64,000 nt of DNA from assembly GCA_036339955.1 (NCBI GenBank), contig JAYYZX010000025.1, positions 66,631-130,630 of the forward strand, written 5' to 3'. This DNA is from Bacteroidota bacterium (GTDB lineage: Bacteria > Bacteroidota > Bacteroidia > Flavobacteriales > BACL11). Below the pieces are notes generated by a model. The model searched no databases. It was given only the letters and a program-made list of their open reading frames with translations, and had not been told where the DNA came from. Position numbers and translations under genes: made by a program. Positions 1 through 10,573 of this stretch are shown here, piece by piece; the first letter of the stretch is position 1, and every line of letters starts with the position of its first letter.

Positions 1-363
1 GCCTGCAATTGCAATAGTATAATACTCCTTACTAATCATCCCTAAAACTTCAGATCTTTTAAATAATGGAATATTGTTTTTTATAAAATAAGAAAGTTCT
101 ATGTTGCTTTTGTCAACTGCTGGAGTATAAATAATCAAGCCTTCAGCATATGATTTCTTTTTTAATTTCTCAGGTATTTTATTTACACTTGCATCATAGT
201 GAATTTTTACCCCTTCCTTTTCAAGTTCAATACATAAATCAGATCTAACAGCATCATACCCAGAAACCATCTTGTCTTTTGAGATAAAATAACGAGCAAG
301 CGCACTCATGCCAATACCTCCAATACCAATTAAATATATATCTTGATATTTATTTAATTTCAT
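1..363 (-). CDS. murC: UDP-N-acetylmuramate--L-alanine ligase MurC, N-terminal part (gene runs off the window start)
   Basis: Not in ORF track because it is open at the window edge. Reverse complement of 301-363 reads MKLNKYQDIYLIGIGGIGMSA, the MurC N-terminal dinucleotide-binding motif. Lies directly after murG in the dcw cluster and overlaps the murG stop by 14 nt. Confidence 0.85.
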   Translation of the reverse strand, partial: MKLNKYQDIYLIGIGGIGMSALARYFISKDKMVSGYDAVRSDLCIELEKEGVKIHYDASVNKIPEKLKKKSYAEGLIIYTPAVDKSNIELSYFIKNNIPLFKRSEVLGMISKEYYTIAIAG

Positions 364-1462
364 ACTTGATTATTTTTGAACATATTTTAACAATTTGATT
401 ACTAGCATCTGTTACCCCTAATGCCAAAATATTTTTACTAAGAGATGCTCTCATTTCACTATCATTAATTAACTCTAACAGTTTAACTACAAGTTTACAA
501 CTTGCTTTAGAGTCTTCTACAAGCAATGCTGCATTCTTATTAACTAACGATTGTGCATTTTTATATTGATGATTCTCTGAGACATTTGGAGAAGGAATTA
601 AAATAACTGGCTTGCCTACACAGCATAATTCAGATATAGCAATTGCACCTGCCCTAGATATAATAATATCCGCTGCTGCATATGCTAGATCCATATGCTG
701 TATGAAATTATATGCATTAATATTAGGTAAATCAATTTCTTTTACTACATTTTTTGCCTTATCTAAAAAAGATATTCCCGTTTGCCAAATTAAATTTATA
801 GATTCCTTTTTAAAAAAATCTATATTTTTATGAATTGTATTGTTAATACTTAAAGCACCTAAACTACCTCCAATAACTAATACTGTTAAATATGATGGAT
901 CTAAATTAAAATATTTTATACCTTCGACTCTTTTATCTGAAAAATTAAGTATTTGATTACGTACGGGATTACCAGTAAAACAAATCTTATCTTTTGGAAA
1001 AAATTTCTCCATATCATTATACGCAACACATATCTTATTGACATGCCTTGATAGTATTTTATTGGTAATTCCCGGAAAAGAATTCTGTTCTTGTATTATT
1101 GAAGGTATTTTCTTGTAGGCTGCCATATAAAGTAATGGGCCACTTGCATAGCCTCCAGTTCCTATTACTAAATCAGGAGAATATTTATTCAATATTTTAT
1201 TAGCCATATAAATACTATGTATTAATTTGAATGGAAATAAAATATTTTTGAATGTAATACGTCTTTGGAAACCACTAATCCATAATCCTTTAATTTCATA
1301 TCCTTCTTTAGGTATCTTCTCCATCTCCATTCTTCCCTTTGCTCCAACAAATAAAATCTTAATGTTTGGAATCTTTTTTTCTAACAATTTACCAATAGCT
1401 AAAGCAGGAAAAATATGCCCTCCAGTCCCTCCTCCACTTATGATAATTTTATATGTTTTCAT
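350..1462 (-). CDS. murG: UDP-N-acetylglucosamine--N-acetylmuramyl-(pentapeptide) pyrophosphoryl-undecaprenol GlcNAc transferase MurG
   Basis: 370-aa ORF; N-terminal SGGGTGGHIFPALA motif of MurG; dcw synteny. Confidence 0.95.
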   Translation of the reverse strand: MKTYKIIISGGGTGGHIFPALAIGKLLEKKIPNIKILFVGAKGRMEMEKIPKEGYEIKGLWISGFQRRITFKNILFPFKLIHSIYMANKILNKYSPDLVIGTGGYASGPLLYMAAYKKIPSIIQEQNSFPGITNKILSRHVNKICVAYNDMEKFFPKDKICFTGNPVRNQILNFSDKRVEGIKYFNLDPSYLTVLVIGGSLGALSINNTIHKNIDFFKKESINLIWQTGISFLDKAKNVVKEIDLPNINAYNFIQHMDLAYAAADIIISRAGAIAISELCCVGKPVILIPSPNVSENHQYKNAQSLVNKNAALLVEDSKASCKLVVKLLELINDSEMRASLSKNILALGVTDASNQIVKICSKIIKYEIK

Positions 1463-2588
1463 AATTTCTATCTGTTGAGTCTCTGCTAATACTTAAAATA
1501 ATACCTATCGAAATACATGTGAATAAAATGGATGTGCCTCCCATACTGATTAGAGGTAATGTCTGGCCTGTTACAGGTAGAATGTCAACAGAAACTAATA
1601 TGTTTATAAAAGCTTGCAGAACCAAACTAAACATCAGCCCAGAAACAACAAGTTGACCAAATAAACTTTCAGTACGCATTGCAATACGTAACCCTCTAAA
1701 TAATAGAATCAAATACAATAATAGAGGAGCTAAACCTCCTAGAATTAAGCCATATTCTTCAACCATTATAGCAAATATGAAATCTGATGATGAAAATGGT
1801 AAAATGTTTCTCTGTACACTCTTCCCAGGTCCTAGGCCTGTCAAACCTCCATTTTTAATGGCAACTAATGCTTGAGTAACTTGATAATCCTTATCTAGTT
1901 TCTCTTTATCTCCTGAAAGAAAATAACTGTCTATTCTACTTACCCAAGTAGATGATCGAGGCATAATTTCCTGCATCAATGAGGTATGCTTTGCAATACC
2001 ATACATTAAAAAAGCACTAAATAAAGCAAGGATTATAATACTCATTATATGTTTTATAGATATTTTAGCTAAATATAAGAGCATTAAGCCATTAAAAAAC
2101 ACAAGAGCAGAAGTGGAAAAATTATTCGGTAAAATTAATATGCAAATTAAAATTAATGGAGAAACAACATACCATATTAAATCCTTAAAGGTATGTGTAA
2201 ATTGACGATTCTTACTCAATTGACGAGCCATAAAAAGTAATATCGCTAATTTAGCAATATCAGAAGGTTGAAATCTCTGTCCTGCTAAAGAAAGCCAGCG
2301 AGAAGCCCCATTAATAGTTATCCCAAATGTTAATACAACCAATAATAAAATAATACTTAACCAAAAACTTAATAAGCCTATTTTAGAGAAATATTTAAAT
2401 TTCCATTTATGTACAATATACATACAAATAATACCTAAAGAGAGTTTTATTAAATGATTAAATAGAAATGTCCATCCAGCAGTACTATAGACAACTAGAA
2501 TAGAAAGTAAAGAAAGAAGAAATACCGTAATCCAAATAGTTCTATCTCCTTCTAATTGAATGTTTTTTGTTAAGGGAATGGAAAACAT
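1449..2588 (-). CDS. ftsW: FtsW/RodA/SpoVE (SEDS) family cell division protein FtsW
   Basis: 379-aa polytopic membrane ORF between murD and murG; SEDS-like sequence. Confidence 0.9.
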   Translation of the reverse strand: MFSIPLTKNIQLEGDRTIWITVFLLSLLSILVVYSTAGWTFLFNHLIKLSLGIICMYIVHKWKFKYFSKIGLLSFWLSIILLLVVLTFGITINGASRWLSLAGQRFQPSDIAKLAILLFMARQLSKNRQFTHTFKDLIWYVVSPLILICILILPNNFSTSALVFFNGLMLLYLAKISIKHIMSIIILALFSAFLMYGIAKHTSLMQEIMPRSSTWVSRIDSYFLSGDKEKLDKDYQVTQALVAIKNGGLTGLGPGKSVQRNILPFSSSDFIFAIMVEEYGLILGGLAPLLLYLILLFRGLRIAMRTESLFGQLVVSGLMFSLVLQAFINILVSVDILPVTGQTLPLISMGGTSILFTCISIGIILSISRDSTDRNYENI

Positions 2589-2597
2589 TTTATCTAT

Positions 2598-3920
2598 TTA
2601 TAGTTTTCGTACTTGTTTCTTAAATTCAACTCCTCTTTGTTCAAAATTCTTAAATAAATCAAAACTTGCGCATGCTGGAGAAAGCAGCACTACATCTCCT
2701 GGGGTCGCTAACATGTAGGACTGATTAACTGCGTCTTGCATGCTATTAGCATTAACTATATGATCAATCTGACCCTTAAAAACTGTATGAAGCTTTTTGT
2801 TCTTAGATCCCAAACATATAATAGCCTTTACTTTCTCTGTCACGACATCTAACAGGTCATTATAATCATTGCCCTTATCTACACCTCCAGCAATCCAAAT
2901 AACATCTTTATTCATACTTTCTAATGCATACCAACATGCCGCTACATTAGTTGCTTTAGAATCATTTATAAAATCAATGCCGTGTACAGTTACAACATGC
3001 TCTAATCGATGTTCAATATTCTCAAAATCAAGTAGAGATTGGCGTATCACAGTATCACTCACTTCAAAAACTCTAGATGCTACCGCTGCAGCCATAGAAT
3101 TAAAAATATTATGTTTCCCTTGTAATGCTAATTCTTGAATTGTCATAGTATTATTATTTAGTTTAATATTAATTTCTTTGTTATTATAAAAAGCGCCTTC
3201 TTCATAATCTTGCTCAAATAATGAAACAGGAAGAAGTTTTGCTTGTGTATCTATATTCTTAAGTAATGGGTCATCATAATTAAAAATCAAAATATCTGAT
3301 TTTGTCTGATTAATAGTGATTCGTAATTTTGATTTTAAATAATTATTTAATATGCCATTATATCTATCCAAATGATCTGGTGTGATATTTAGAATAATTG
3401 CAACGTTTGGAGTAAACTTTTTAATCCCATCTAATTGGAAACTACTAAGTTCTAAAATGATATAATCATAATCACGATCTGCAAGAGCCTTCGCAAAACC
3501 TAAACCTATATTACCTGCTATTAATGTGTCAAAACCAGCTTTCTTAAGAATATGCCCCAGAAGCAGTGTAGTTGTAGTTTTCCCATTTGTTCCTGTAACA
3601 CCAATAATTTTTGCATTAGTATATCTAGATGCAAATTCAATTTCAGATATAATATCAATGTTTTTAGATTTAATCAATTGAATTATTTTAGAGTTATTAG
3701 GTATCCCAGGACTTTTTATAATTAAATTTGCCGCATTAATAATATCCTCGGAATGTTGATTTTCCTCAAAATTTATATTATGACGAAAAAAAATGTCTTT
3801 ATTACAATTATTAATAGTCTTATTTTCAGAAACAAATACATCAAAACCTTTTTTCTTTGCTAGAATAGCTGCTCCTAAGCCACTTTCCCCCCCTCCTAAT
3901 ATGACAACTTTCTTTAACAT
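2598..3920 (-). CDS. murD: UDP-N-acetylmuramoylalanine--D-glutamate ligase MurD
   Basis: 440 aa; N-terminal Rossmann ILGGGESGLGAA; Mur ligase P-loop [12 protein letters not shown]; dcw position. Confidence 0.95.
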   Translation of the reverse strand: MLKKVVILGGGESGLGAAILAKKKGFDVFVSENKTINNCNKDIFFRHNINFEENQHSEDIINAANLIIKSPGIPNNSKIIQLIKSKNIDIISEIEFASRYTNAKIIGVTGTNGKTTTTLLLGHILKKAGFDTLIAGNIGLGFAKALADRDYDYIILELSSFQLDGIKKFTPNVAIILNITPDHLDRYNGILNNYLKSKLRITINQTKSDILIFNYDDPLLKNIDTQAKLLPVSLFEQDYEEGAFYNNKEINIKLNNNTMTIQELALQGKHNIFNSMAAAVASRVFEVSDTVIRQSLLDFENIEHRLEHVVTVHGIDFINDSKATNVAACWYALESMNKDVIWIAGGVDKGNDYNDLLDVVTEKVKAIICLGSKNKKLHTVFKGQIDHIVNANSMQDAVNQSYMLATPGDVVLLSPACASFDLFKNFEQRGVEFKKQVRKL

Positions 3921-3922
3921 AT

Positions 3923-5164
3923 TTATCTTATTTTTAATGTAACAATTGTCAATACCGCTAACATTACAGTTATAATCCAGAATCGAGTTACTATTTTACT
4001 TTCATGCATCCCTAGTTTTTGAAAATGATGATGAAGAGGTGCCATTTTAAAAATTCTCTTACCTACACCATATTTCTTTTTAGTATACTTAAAATACCCT
4101 ACTTGTATCATAACAGATAAATTCTCGACAAGAAATACACCGCATAATATGGGGATAAGCAACTCCTTTCTAACTAGTATAGCAGCAACAGCAATTACCC
4201 CTCCTAGAGATAAACTTCCTGTATCTCCCATAAAAACTTGTGCTGGATATGAATTATACCACATAAATCCAACACATGCTCCTACAAAAGAAGACATGTA
4301 TATCACTAGCTCCCCAATATCAGGTATATACATAATATTCAAATAATCTGCAGTTATAATATTACCTGAGATGTAAGCAAATAAGGCTAGAGTTCCTCCA
4401 ATAATAGCTGAAACCCCAGTAGCTAAGCCATCTAAGCCATCTGTCATGTTTGCTCCATTTGAAACTGCTGTAATGATAAAAACTACCAGAAGAATAAATA
4501 AAATATAGGAATATTGTTCTACTCCTTCATGTGCCCAACTAATTAAACTATCATAATCAAATTCATTATTCTTAGAAAATGGGATAGTAGTTTTTAAAGA
4601 TTTTTTTGAATCTAATTCAAAACCATATTCATCAGTATATGTTATTTTTTGTTGATCTAAAATAATTGAAGATTGTTCTCCTTTCTCTTTAATCACAATT
4701 TCTGGATGAAAAAACATGATACATCCAACAAGGATCCCCAAACTAATCTGACCTAATATTTTAAATTTTCCGGCTAAACCATCCTTGTTATTTCTATAAA
4801 CTTTTATATAATCATCTATAAATCCAATTAATCCTAACCAGATAGTAGAAAACATAATGATAATGATATATATATTATCAAGTTTAGCAAATAAAATAGA
4901 GGGGAATAATATCGCTGATAAGATAATCAGTCCTCCCATAGTTGGAGTTCCTTTTTTAGCTTGTTCTCCTTCTAAACCAAGTATACGAATCCTTTCTTTA
5001 ATTTGTCTTTTCTTGATGATATTAATGATTTTCCCTCCAAAAACAAGTGAAATCAATAATGATGTGATAATTGCCATTGCTGATCTAAAAGAAATATATT
5101 GAAAAACACTTGCTCCTGTTAAAGAATAGGTTTGTTCTAAGTATTCAAATAAATGATATAACAT
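3923..5164 (-). CDS. mraY: phospho-N-acetylmuramoyl-pentapeptide transferase MraY
   Basis: 413-aa polytopic ORF with [11 protein letters not shown] motif; dcw position. Confidence 0.95.
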   Translation of the reverse strand: MLYHLFEYLEQTYSLTGASVFQYISFRSAMAIITSLLISLVFGGKIINIIKKRQIKERIRILGLEGEQAKKGTPTMGGLIILSAILFPSILFAKLDNIYIIIIMFSTIWLGLIGFIDDYIKVYRNNKDGLAGKFKILGQISLGILVGCIMFFHPEIVIKEKGEQSSIILDQQKITYTDEYGFELDSKKSLKTTIPFSKNNEFDYDSLISWAHEGVEQYSYILFILLVVFIITAVSNGANMTDGLDGLATGVSAIIGGTLALFAYISGNIITADYLNIMYIPDIGELVIYMSSFVGACVGFMWYNSYPAQVFMGDTGSLSLGGVIAVAAILVRKELLIPILCGVFLVENLSVMIQVGYFKYTKKKYGVGKRIFKMAPLHHHFQKLGMHESKIVTRFWIITVMLAVLTIVTLKIR

Positions 5165-5174
5165 TGATTTATAT

Positions 5175-6626
5175 TTAGGTTAATGATTTTACTAACTCAT
5201 TTCTGTCGTTAAATAATATTTTATTTCCATGAATTTCTTGATATTGTTCATGGCCCTTTCCTGCTACTAAAATTATATCTCCTGGAACACTTATTTTACA
5301 AGCTGTTTTAATAGCTTCTTTTCTGTCAATAATTTTGATTACTTTTTTTTGCTGTTCCTGATTTAGATCACATAACATATCTCTAATAATGGCATCCGGG
5401 GATTCAGAACGAGGATTATCTGAAGTGAATACTACTTGAAAACTTAAATTATATGCTACTTTTCCCATTTTAGATCTCTTTGATTTATCTCTATCTCCTC
5501 CACATCCTATAACAGTTATAATATTTTGTTCTTTTGATTTAATAGAATTAATTGTTTTAAGAATATTTCTTAATGCGTCATCCGTATGTGCATAATCAAT
5601 AATACCAATAGAGCCATTATCTGAAATAATTTGTTGGAATCTACCATTAGGAGATTCTAAAGAGCTTATTTTTATTAAGATATCTTCTTCTTCTATACCT
5701 AATATTTTTGCAGTAGAATATACAGCGAGTATATTGTATGCATTAAAATCACCTATTAGGTTTACCCAAACATCTCTATTGTTGATTTTTAACAGCATTC
5801 CATCAAACTGATTTTGCAAAACATTACATCTAAAATCTGATACCGATTTTATTGAATATGTATATTTTTTAGCATGTGTTCCTGAAATAATATATGAGCC
5901 ATTTATGTCATCATCATTTGTTAAAGCAAAAGATTCTTTAGGCAATAGATCGAAAAATGATTTCTTCACTTCAAGATATTCATTAAAAGTTTTATGGTAA
6001 TCTAGATGTTCTGTTGTGATGTTTGAGAACACGCCTCCAGAAAATTCAAGACCATATATACGATATTGATGAATTGCATGCGAACTTACCTCCATGAAAC
6101 AATATTGGCAATTCTGCTTAACCATCTCAGCAAGTAACCTATGAATCTCTAGAATATTTGGCGTTGTATGACTAGTCTGATAATATTTATTATGAACCCT
6201 ATTACCTATTGTAGATATAATTCCTGTCTTATAATCTAAATCATTAAATAATTGGAATAGAAGATGAACAATTGTTGTTTTTCCATTAGTTCCAGTAACA
6301 CCTATTATTGTAATATGTTTTGCAGGATAATTATAATACTCTGCAGCTATAATCGAAAGAGATTTTCTTGTGTCATCTACTATCAAATAACAAATCGCTT
6401 TTCTAATATATTCGGGTTCTTTTTGAGAAACTATCAAGACAGCTCCATCATCAATTGCATTGTCAATATAATTATGTCCATCATTGATCGATCCTGGAAT
6501 TGCAACAAACATGTCTCCCTTGGCTACATTTCTAGAATCAAAAGTTACATGATTGATTTTAGACGGAATGTTTCCATGATTGAATTTTAAGTTAAGATTA
6601 GATAATAATTGTTTTGAAATCTTCAT
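5175..6626 (-). CDS. murE: UDP-N-acetylmuramoyl-L-alanyl-D-glutamate--2,6-diaminopimelate ligase MurE
   Basis: 483 aa; P-loop [10 protein letters not shown]; DNPR motif (TSDNPRSE) typical of meso-DAP-adding MurE. Confidence 0.95.
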   Translation of the reverse strand: MKISKQLLSNLNLKFNHGNIPSKINHVTFDSRNVAKGDMFVAIPGSINDGHNYIDNAIDDGAVLIVSQKEPEYIRKAICYLIVDDTRKSLSIIAAEYYNYPAKHITIIGVTGTNGKTTIVHLLFQLFNDLDYKTGIISTIGNRVHNKYYQTSHTTPNILEIHRLLAEMVKQNCQYCFMEVSSHAIHQYRIYGLEFSGGVFSNITTEHLDYHKTFNEYLEVKKSFFDLLPKESFALTNDDDINGSYIISGTHAKKYTYSIKSVSDFRCNVLQNQFDGMLLKINNRDVWVNLIGDFNAYNILAVYSTAKILGIEEEDILIKISSLESPNGRFQQIISDNGSIGIIDYAHTDDALRNILKTINSIKSKEQNIITVIGCGGDRDKSKRSKMGKVAYNLSFQVVFTSDNPRSESPDAIIRDMLCDLNQEQQKKVIKIIDRKEAIKTACKISVPGDIILVAGKGHEQYQEIHGNKILFNDRNELVKSLT

Positions 6627-8710
6627 GCTAAAAGTAATTTTATAGTTTCCCCTCTTTTGAAATTTTTCCCCTTAACAATAGATTGTTCTTTAATGCTTCC
6701 AAAGCCTTGATATTCAACTTTTAAACCATAAGTTTCTAAAAGATATAATGCATCTTGAATTCCCATCCCAATTAAATTTGGCATAACACTGTTTTTTAAA
6801 TCATATTCAATTCTTCTTCTCTCTAGAGTTAAGTTGTCTTTTGCTAGAACTGGAGTCATCCAATCATGGTTTGTAATTTTAATATTTATCCCTAATTTAT
6901 CTATTAACATCTTCGTGTCCCATGTGTAGCCTTGCTTGAATTTTGGAAGACCAGATGATAACTGCTCTATATCTGAAGAATGTATGTCTACATCAAAAGC
7001 AAAAATCTTGTCTGTAATCTTTCTAAATATAGGAGCAGCTACATTCCCTCCATAAAATTTACCAGCTTTTGGATTATTTACAACTACTATACATGAGTAT
7101 TTTGGGTTCTCTGAAGGGAAAAAACCTGCAAAAGATGCTTGATAACTTCTAACTGTTTCTATCTTAGAATCATCATAATTCAGGAGGGTAGTTCCTGTTT
7201 TGCCAGCAATACTATATTTCTCTGTTCTAATATTATGTGCTGTACCTTCATCAACCACTCTCTTTAACAATGGTAAAATTGCATTAATCGTAGATTTTGA
7301 ACAAATAGCAGGGTTAATAATAGTGCTTGTTCTTGATTCAATGGTTTGTCCCTCCTTAATTATCTTAGAAGTAAATATTGGTGTTACCATTTTACCTGAA
7401 TTTGCAATTGCATTATAGAAAGTAAGTATATGTAATGGAGTTAATTGCATTTCATAACCAATAGACATCCATGGTAAGGTGACTCCAGACCATGCTGACA
7501 TTTTAGGGTCTTTAACTAATAAATTATTTGCGTAAGGGAGTTCTATGTCAAGAGGAGTGCTTAACCCCATTTTATATATTCTATCTAAGAAACTTGAAGG
7601 GTTATCTTTATAATAATGATTAATAATTCTTGAAATCCCGACGTTAGAAGAAAAAACAAAAGCGTCTCCTATAGTAATTTTGCCATACCCTCCCGTCTTT
7701 GCATCAACCATAGTTTTATCATAAAACTTATATTCTCCATTTTCCGTATCTACAGAATCTGTGGTTTTAAAATGACCATCTTCAATGCCAGCAATTATTG
7801 AAGCTAATTTAAAAGTAGATCCTGGCTCAAAATGTTCTCCAATTGCATAATTATAATACTCATCTATTAAGGTATCCGCATCTCTTCTTAGATTAGCAAT
7901 TGCTTTAATCTTTCCAGTTGATACCTCCATTAGAATAACACAGCCCCAATCTGCTTCATGTTCAATAAGAGCATTTTGAAGGCTTAACTCTGTTATGTCT
8001 TGCATGTCAATATTTATAGTTGTTTGAACATCACTTCCTGCTATTGGGAGTCTATTTTCTCTAGATTTTTTTGGCAACCAAATCCCATTGCCAACTTTTT
8101 GTTTCAACTGTTTTCCTGCCTCTCCTGTAAGAGTATGATCAAATGCCCGTTCAATTCCAACAGGGTTTTCTGCTCTTAAAATACCTATTGTTCTTTTTGC
8201 TAAAATCCCAAACGGTTTCTGTCTATGCGGTCTTTGCTCAATAATTAAACCTCCACGATTTTTACCTAACTCAAAAATTGGAAATTTCTTTAGTGATTTT
8301 AATTGATTATAATTAACCTTGCTCTTAAATAGAACATATTTATTATTAATTTTATTCTTAGAGTACATTAAAAAATCATAGTAATCCTCTGATGTTTTAT
8401 CAGAAAATAAGCTTGATAATCTTTGTGCTAACTCATCTACATTCTCATTAAATATTTCTTCCTTAATTACACTCATATCTAAATGCACCTTATATAAAGG
8501 CATAGAAATTGCTAAAAGAGATCCATCATCTGAGAAAATATTACCTCGAGGAGCTTGTACCTGAAAAAATTTTGGGGAATTTGTATCAGAATTGACATCT
8601 TTAATTTCTTGTATGTAAATAATCTTTACAACTATAGATACAGCAATTAGTACAAAGAAAAAATAAAGAGCTATAGCTCTAATATTAAACATATTTATTT
8701 TATTCTTCAT
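6623..8710 (-). CDS. ftsI: class B penicillin-binding protein / peptidoglycan D,D-transpeptidase FtsI
   Basis: 695 aa; N-terminal membrane anchor; transpeptidase motifs STFK, SSN, KTGT; C-terminal PASTA-like segment; dcw position. Confidence 0.9.
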   Translation of the reverse strand: MKNKINMFNIRAIALYFFFVLIAVSIVVKIIYIQEIKDVNSDTNSPKFFQVQAPRGNIFSDDGSLLAISMPLYKVHLDMSVIKEEIFNENVDELAQRLSSLFSDKTSEDYYDFLMYSKNKINNKYVLFKSKVNYNQLKSLKKFPIFELGKNRGGLIIEQRPHRQKPFGILAKRTIGILRAENPVGIERAFDHTLTGEAGKQLKQKVGNGIWLPKKSRENRLPIAGSDVQTTINIDMQDITELSLQNALIEHEADWGCVILMEVSTGKIKAIANLRRDADTLIDEYYNYAIGEHFEPGSTFKLASIIAGIEDGHFKTTDSVDTENGEYKFYDKTMVDAKTGGYGKITIGDAFVFSSNVGISRIINHYYKDNPSSFLDRIYKMGLSTPLDIELPYANNLLVKDPKMSAWSGVTLPWMSIGYEMQLTPLHILTFYNAIANSGKMVTPIFTSKIIKEGQTIESRTSTIINPAICSKSTINAILPLLKRVVDEGTAHNIRTEKYSIAGKTGTTLLNYDDSKIETVRSYQASFAGFFPSENPKYSCIVVVNNPKAGKFYGGNVAAPIFRKITDKIFAFDVDIHSSDIEQLSSGLPKFKQGYTWDTKMLIDKLGINIKITNHDWMTPVLAKDNLTLERRRIEYDLKNSVMPNLIGMGIQDALYLLETYGLKVEYQGFGSIKEQSIVKGKNFKRGETIKLLLA

Positions 8711-9038
8711 TCTTGCTAATTATACTAGGAGGAGAAGTCGTGCTTCTTAAACCCAAAGGCTCCACTATTTCTTCAATTACAGATCTTTTATAAAAACCCA
8801 TTAATTCAGATTTTGTCGTGATATAAACAACTCTTAAATGATGCGCTTCTTTCTCTAAAGAAATTGTTTTTATGATTAATCTTTCTGCGTTAAATGAAAT
8901 ACTAATATTGATTAATAATAAAATGACAATAAATAATATAAATGGAAAGTTTTTTTGGCTATTTTTATTGATAAGAAAATCTCCTTTTAATAAAGAAGAT
9001 ATTGTATTTGTTCTTTCGCCTCTTTTATTAGCTCTCAT
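8700..9038 (-). CDS. FtsL-like small bitopic cell-division protein
   Basis: ORF track 8700..9056 starts at a TTG. The first ATG (9036-9038) gives MRANKRG... with a single TM helix (FPFILFIVILLLINISISF). Assigned by its position between rsmH and ftsI, not by sequence identity. Confidence 0.55.
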   Translation of the reverse strand: MRANKRGERTNTISSLLKGDFLINKNSQKNFPFILFIVILLLINISISFNAERLIIKTISLEKEAHHLRVVYITTKSELMGFYKRSVIEEIVEPLGLRSTTSPPSIISKNEE

Positions 9039-9936
9039 TATAAATTCGTTCTGCAATTCTTAATTTTGCACTTCTTGATCGAGAATTTTCTTTAATCTCC
9101 TCGATTTTTGGAATAATTATTTTTTTATTAATTTGCTTAAATGACTTCTTAATATTCCCATAAAAGTCTTTTTCTTGTTCACCTTCAGTATTGCCATGTT
9201 TAATTAAATTTTTTACTAATCTATCTTCAAGAGAATGATATGATATAACAACTAATCTCCCTCGGTCTTTTAAAATTTCTGTTGTTTGTAATAGCATTTC
9301 TTTTAAACATTCCATTTCATCATTTACTGCGATACGTATAGCTTGAAAAACTTTTGCAAGGAATTGATTAGATTTATTTTTCTTAGCAAAAGGAATAACA
9401 ACATCAACTAAATCTTGGGTGGTAATTATATCTTTCTTAACTCTTGATTTTACAATAACTCTAGCAATTTGCTTAGCAATAGGAAGCTCTCCATAAAAAT
9501 AAAAGATGTCCTGTAGCTCCTCTTGAGAGTGTCTATTTATTATATCATATGCATTTTGATCTCCTCTAATATTCATTCGCATATCTAATTTGCTGTTCAG
9601 ACGAAAAGAAAATCCTCTTTTAGAATTATTAATCTGATATGAAGAAACTCCTAGGTCTGCAAGTACTCCATCTACCTTCTGTACATTCTCCATACGTAAA
9701 AACTTTCTAAAGCTTCGGAAGTTTGCGTGTATTAATTTAAAATTTTTAGACTCAATATTATTTTTCTGAGCCATTAAATCCTGGTCAAAAGCATATAGTT
9801 TGCCATTAGTTAACTTTTTTAATATTTCTCTAGAATGTCCTCCTCCTCCAAATGTTAAATCTATATAAACCCCTGTACTACATACGTTTAATCCCTTAAC
9901 AACTTCTTGTAGCAAAACAGGCTTATGATATACCAT
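9028..9936 (-). CDS. rsmH: 16S rRNA (cytosine1402-N4)-methyltransferase RsmH (MraW)
   Basis: ORF track 9028..9969. The internal ATG at 9934-9936 gives the canonical N-terminus MVYHKPVLLQEV and leaves a 1-nt gap after the mraZ stop. GGGGHS SAM-binding motif. Confidence 0.9.
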   Translation of the reverse strand: MVYHKPVLLQEVVKGLNVCSTGVYIDLTFGGGGHSREILKKLTNGKLYAFDQDLMAQKNNIESKNFKLIHANFRSFRKFLRMENVQKVDGVLADLGVSSYQINNSKRGFSFRLNSKLDMRMNIRGDQNAYDIINRHSQEELQDIFYFYGELPIAKQIARVIVKSRVKKDIITTQDLVDVVIPFAKKNKSNQFLAKVFQAIRIAVNDEMECLKEMLLQTTEILKDRGRLVVISYHSLEDRLVKNLIKHGNTEGEQEKDFYGNIKKSFKQINKKIIIPKIEEIKENSRSRSAKLRIAERIYNES

Positions 9937-9937
9937 T

Positions 9938-10399
9938 CTAATCTTCTGATTTATTATTCCCCATAACATTTTCAGCTAATTCAGCAAAACCTTTTAGGCT
10001 ATCTTTTAATGATGTTTCATACTCTTTTTTGTCCCATATTTCAACCATACTAACTGAAGATGACAAAACAATATCTTTATTAATACCTGCAAAGACATAT
10101 AGATTCTTTGGGATTAAAAAGCGGCCTGAATTATCAATTTCTAACTCCTTTAATCCTGCCATATAAGACCTGATAAAATCATTATTCTTTTTTAAGAATC
10201 TATTTAAAGTGTTTATCTGATTCATGATTTCTTTCCAAGATTTCATTGGATGTAATTCTAAACAGTTGTTAAACACGCTTCTCTTAATAATAAATTTATT
10301 CTCATGTATTATATCTCCTCCTAATTGTTTTCTCAATGCCGTCGGGAACATAACCCTTCCTTTAGCATCCGCCTTACATTCATATGTTCCTATAATCAT
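9938..10399 (-). CDS. mraZ: division/cell wall cluster transcriptional regulator MraZ
   Basis: 153 aa; first gene of the dcw cluster; MraZ-like sequence (MIIGTYECKADAKGRVMFP...). Confidence 0.9.
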   Translation of the reverse strand: MIIGTYECKADAKGRVMFPTALRKQLGGDIIHENKFIIKRSVFNNCLELHPMKSWKEIMNQINTLNRFLKKNNDFIRSYMAGLKELEIDNSGRFLIPKNLYVFAGINKDIVLSSSVSMVEIWDKKEYETSLKDSLKGFAELAENVMGNNKSED

Positions 10400-10443
10400 A
10401 ATAACTTGATTGAAATTTCAACTTCGTAAATATACAAAATAAC

Positions 10444-10468
10444 CCCACTTTTTCCCACTTTTTCCCAC
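10444..10468 (-). promoter_or_regulatory. three phased GTGGG direct repeats upstream of mraZ (putative MraZ operator)
   Basis: Plus strand has CCCAC at 10444-10448, 10454-10458 and 10464-10468, exactly 10 nt apart. The minus strand reads AAAGTGGGAAAAAGTGGGAAAAAGTGGGG, 45-70 nt upstream of the mraZ ATG. This matches the GTGGG/AAAGTG-type 10-nt-phased repeats described for MraZ operators. Confidence 0.55.
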
Positions 10469-10573
10469 TTTGTTAATAACTTTCCTCTCCTAAAGAAGGA
10501 GAATAGATCTAATTTCTGTTATGCAAGAATATTTTATATTATTTTCTTTACTTTGCAACTTGATTTTATATTA

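Noticed and set aside
612-833. Many 60-110-aa ORFs in the supplied track that lie antisense to long conserved genes. Examples: 612..833, 1227..1478, 2869..3138, 4149..4346, 4857..5102, 6264..6590, 7200..7418, 8872..9063, 10224..10409, 10699..10941, 12081..12326, 12454..12693, 14928..15146, 15485..15694, 18795..19001, 24611..24811, 27074..27364, 29182..29367, 37955..38164, 39517..39774, 39903..40142, 41192..41395, 44440..44694, 46792..47091, 47168..47386, 48393..48578, 49823..50029, 50949..51149, 51362..51550, 51551..51826, 52495..52731, 54628..54861, 56446..56664, 60316..60645, 61674..61967.
   Set aside because: Each is fully or largely embedded opposite a gene with strong family motifs. Their translations are low-complexity or hydrophobic shadow sequences typical of AT-rich DNA with few stop codons on the antisense strand. 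None shows a recognisable motif.
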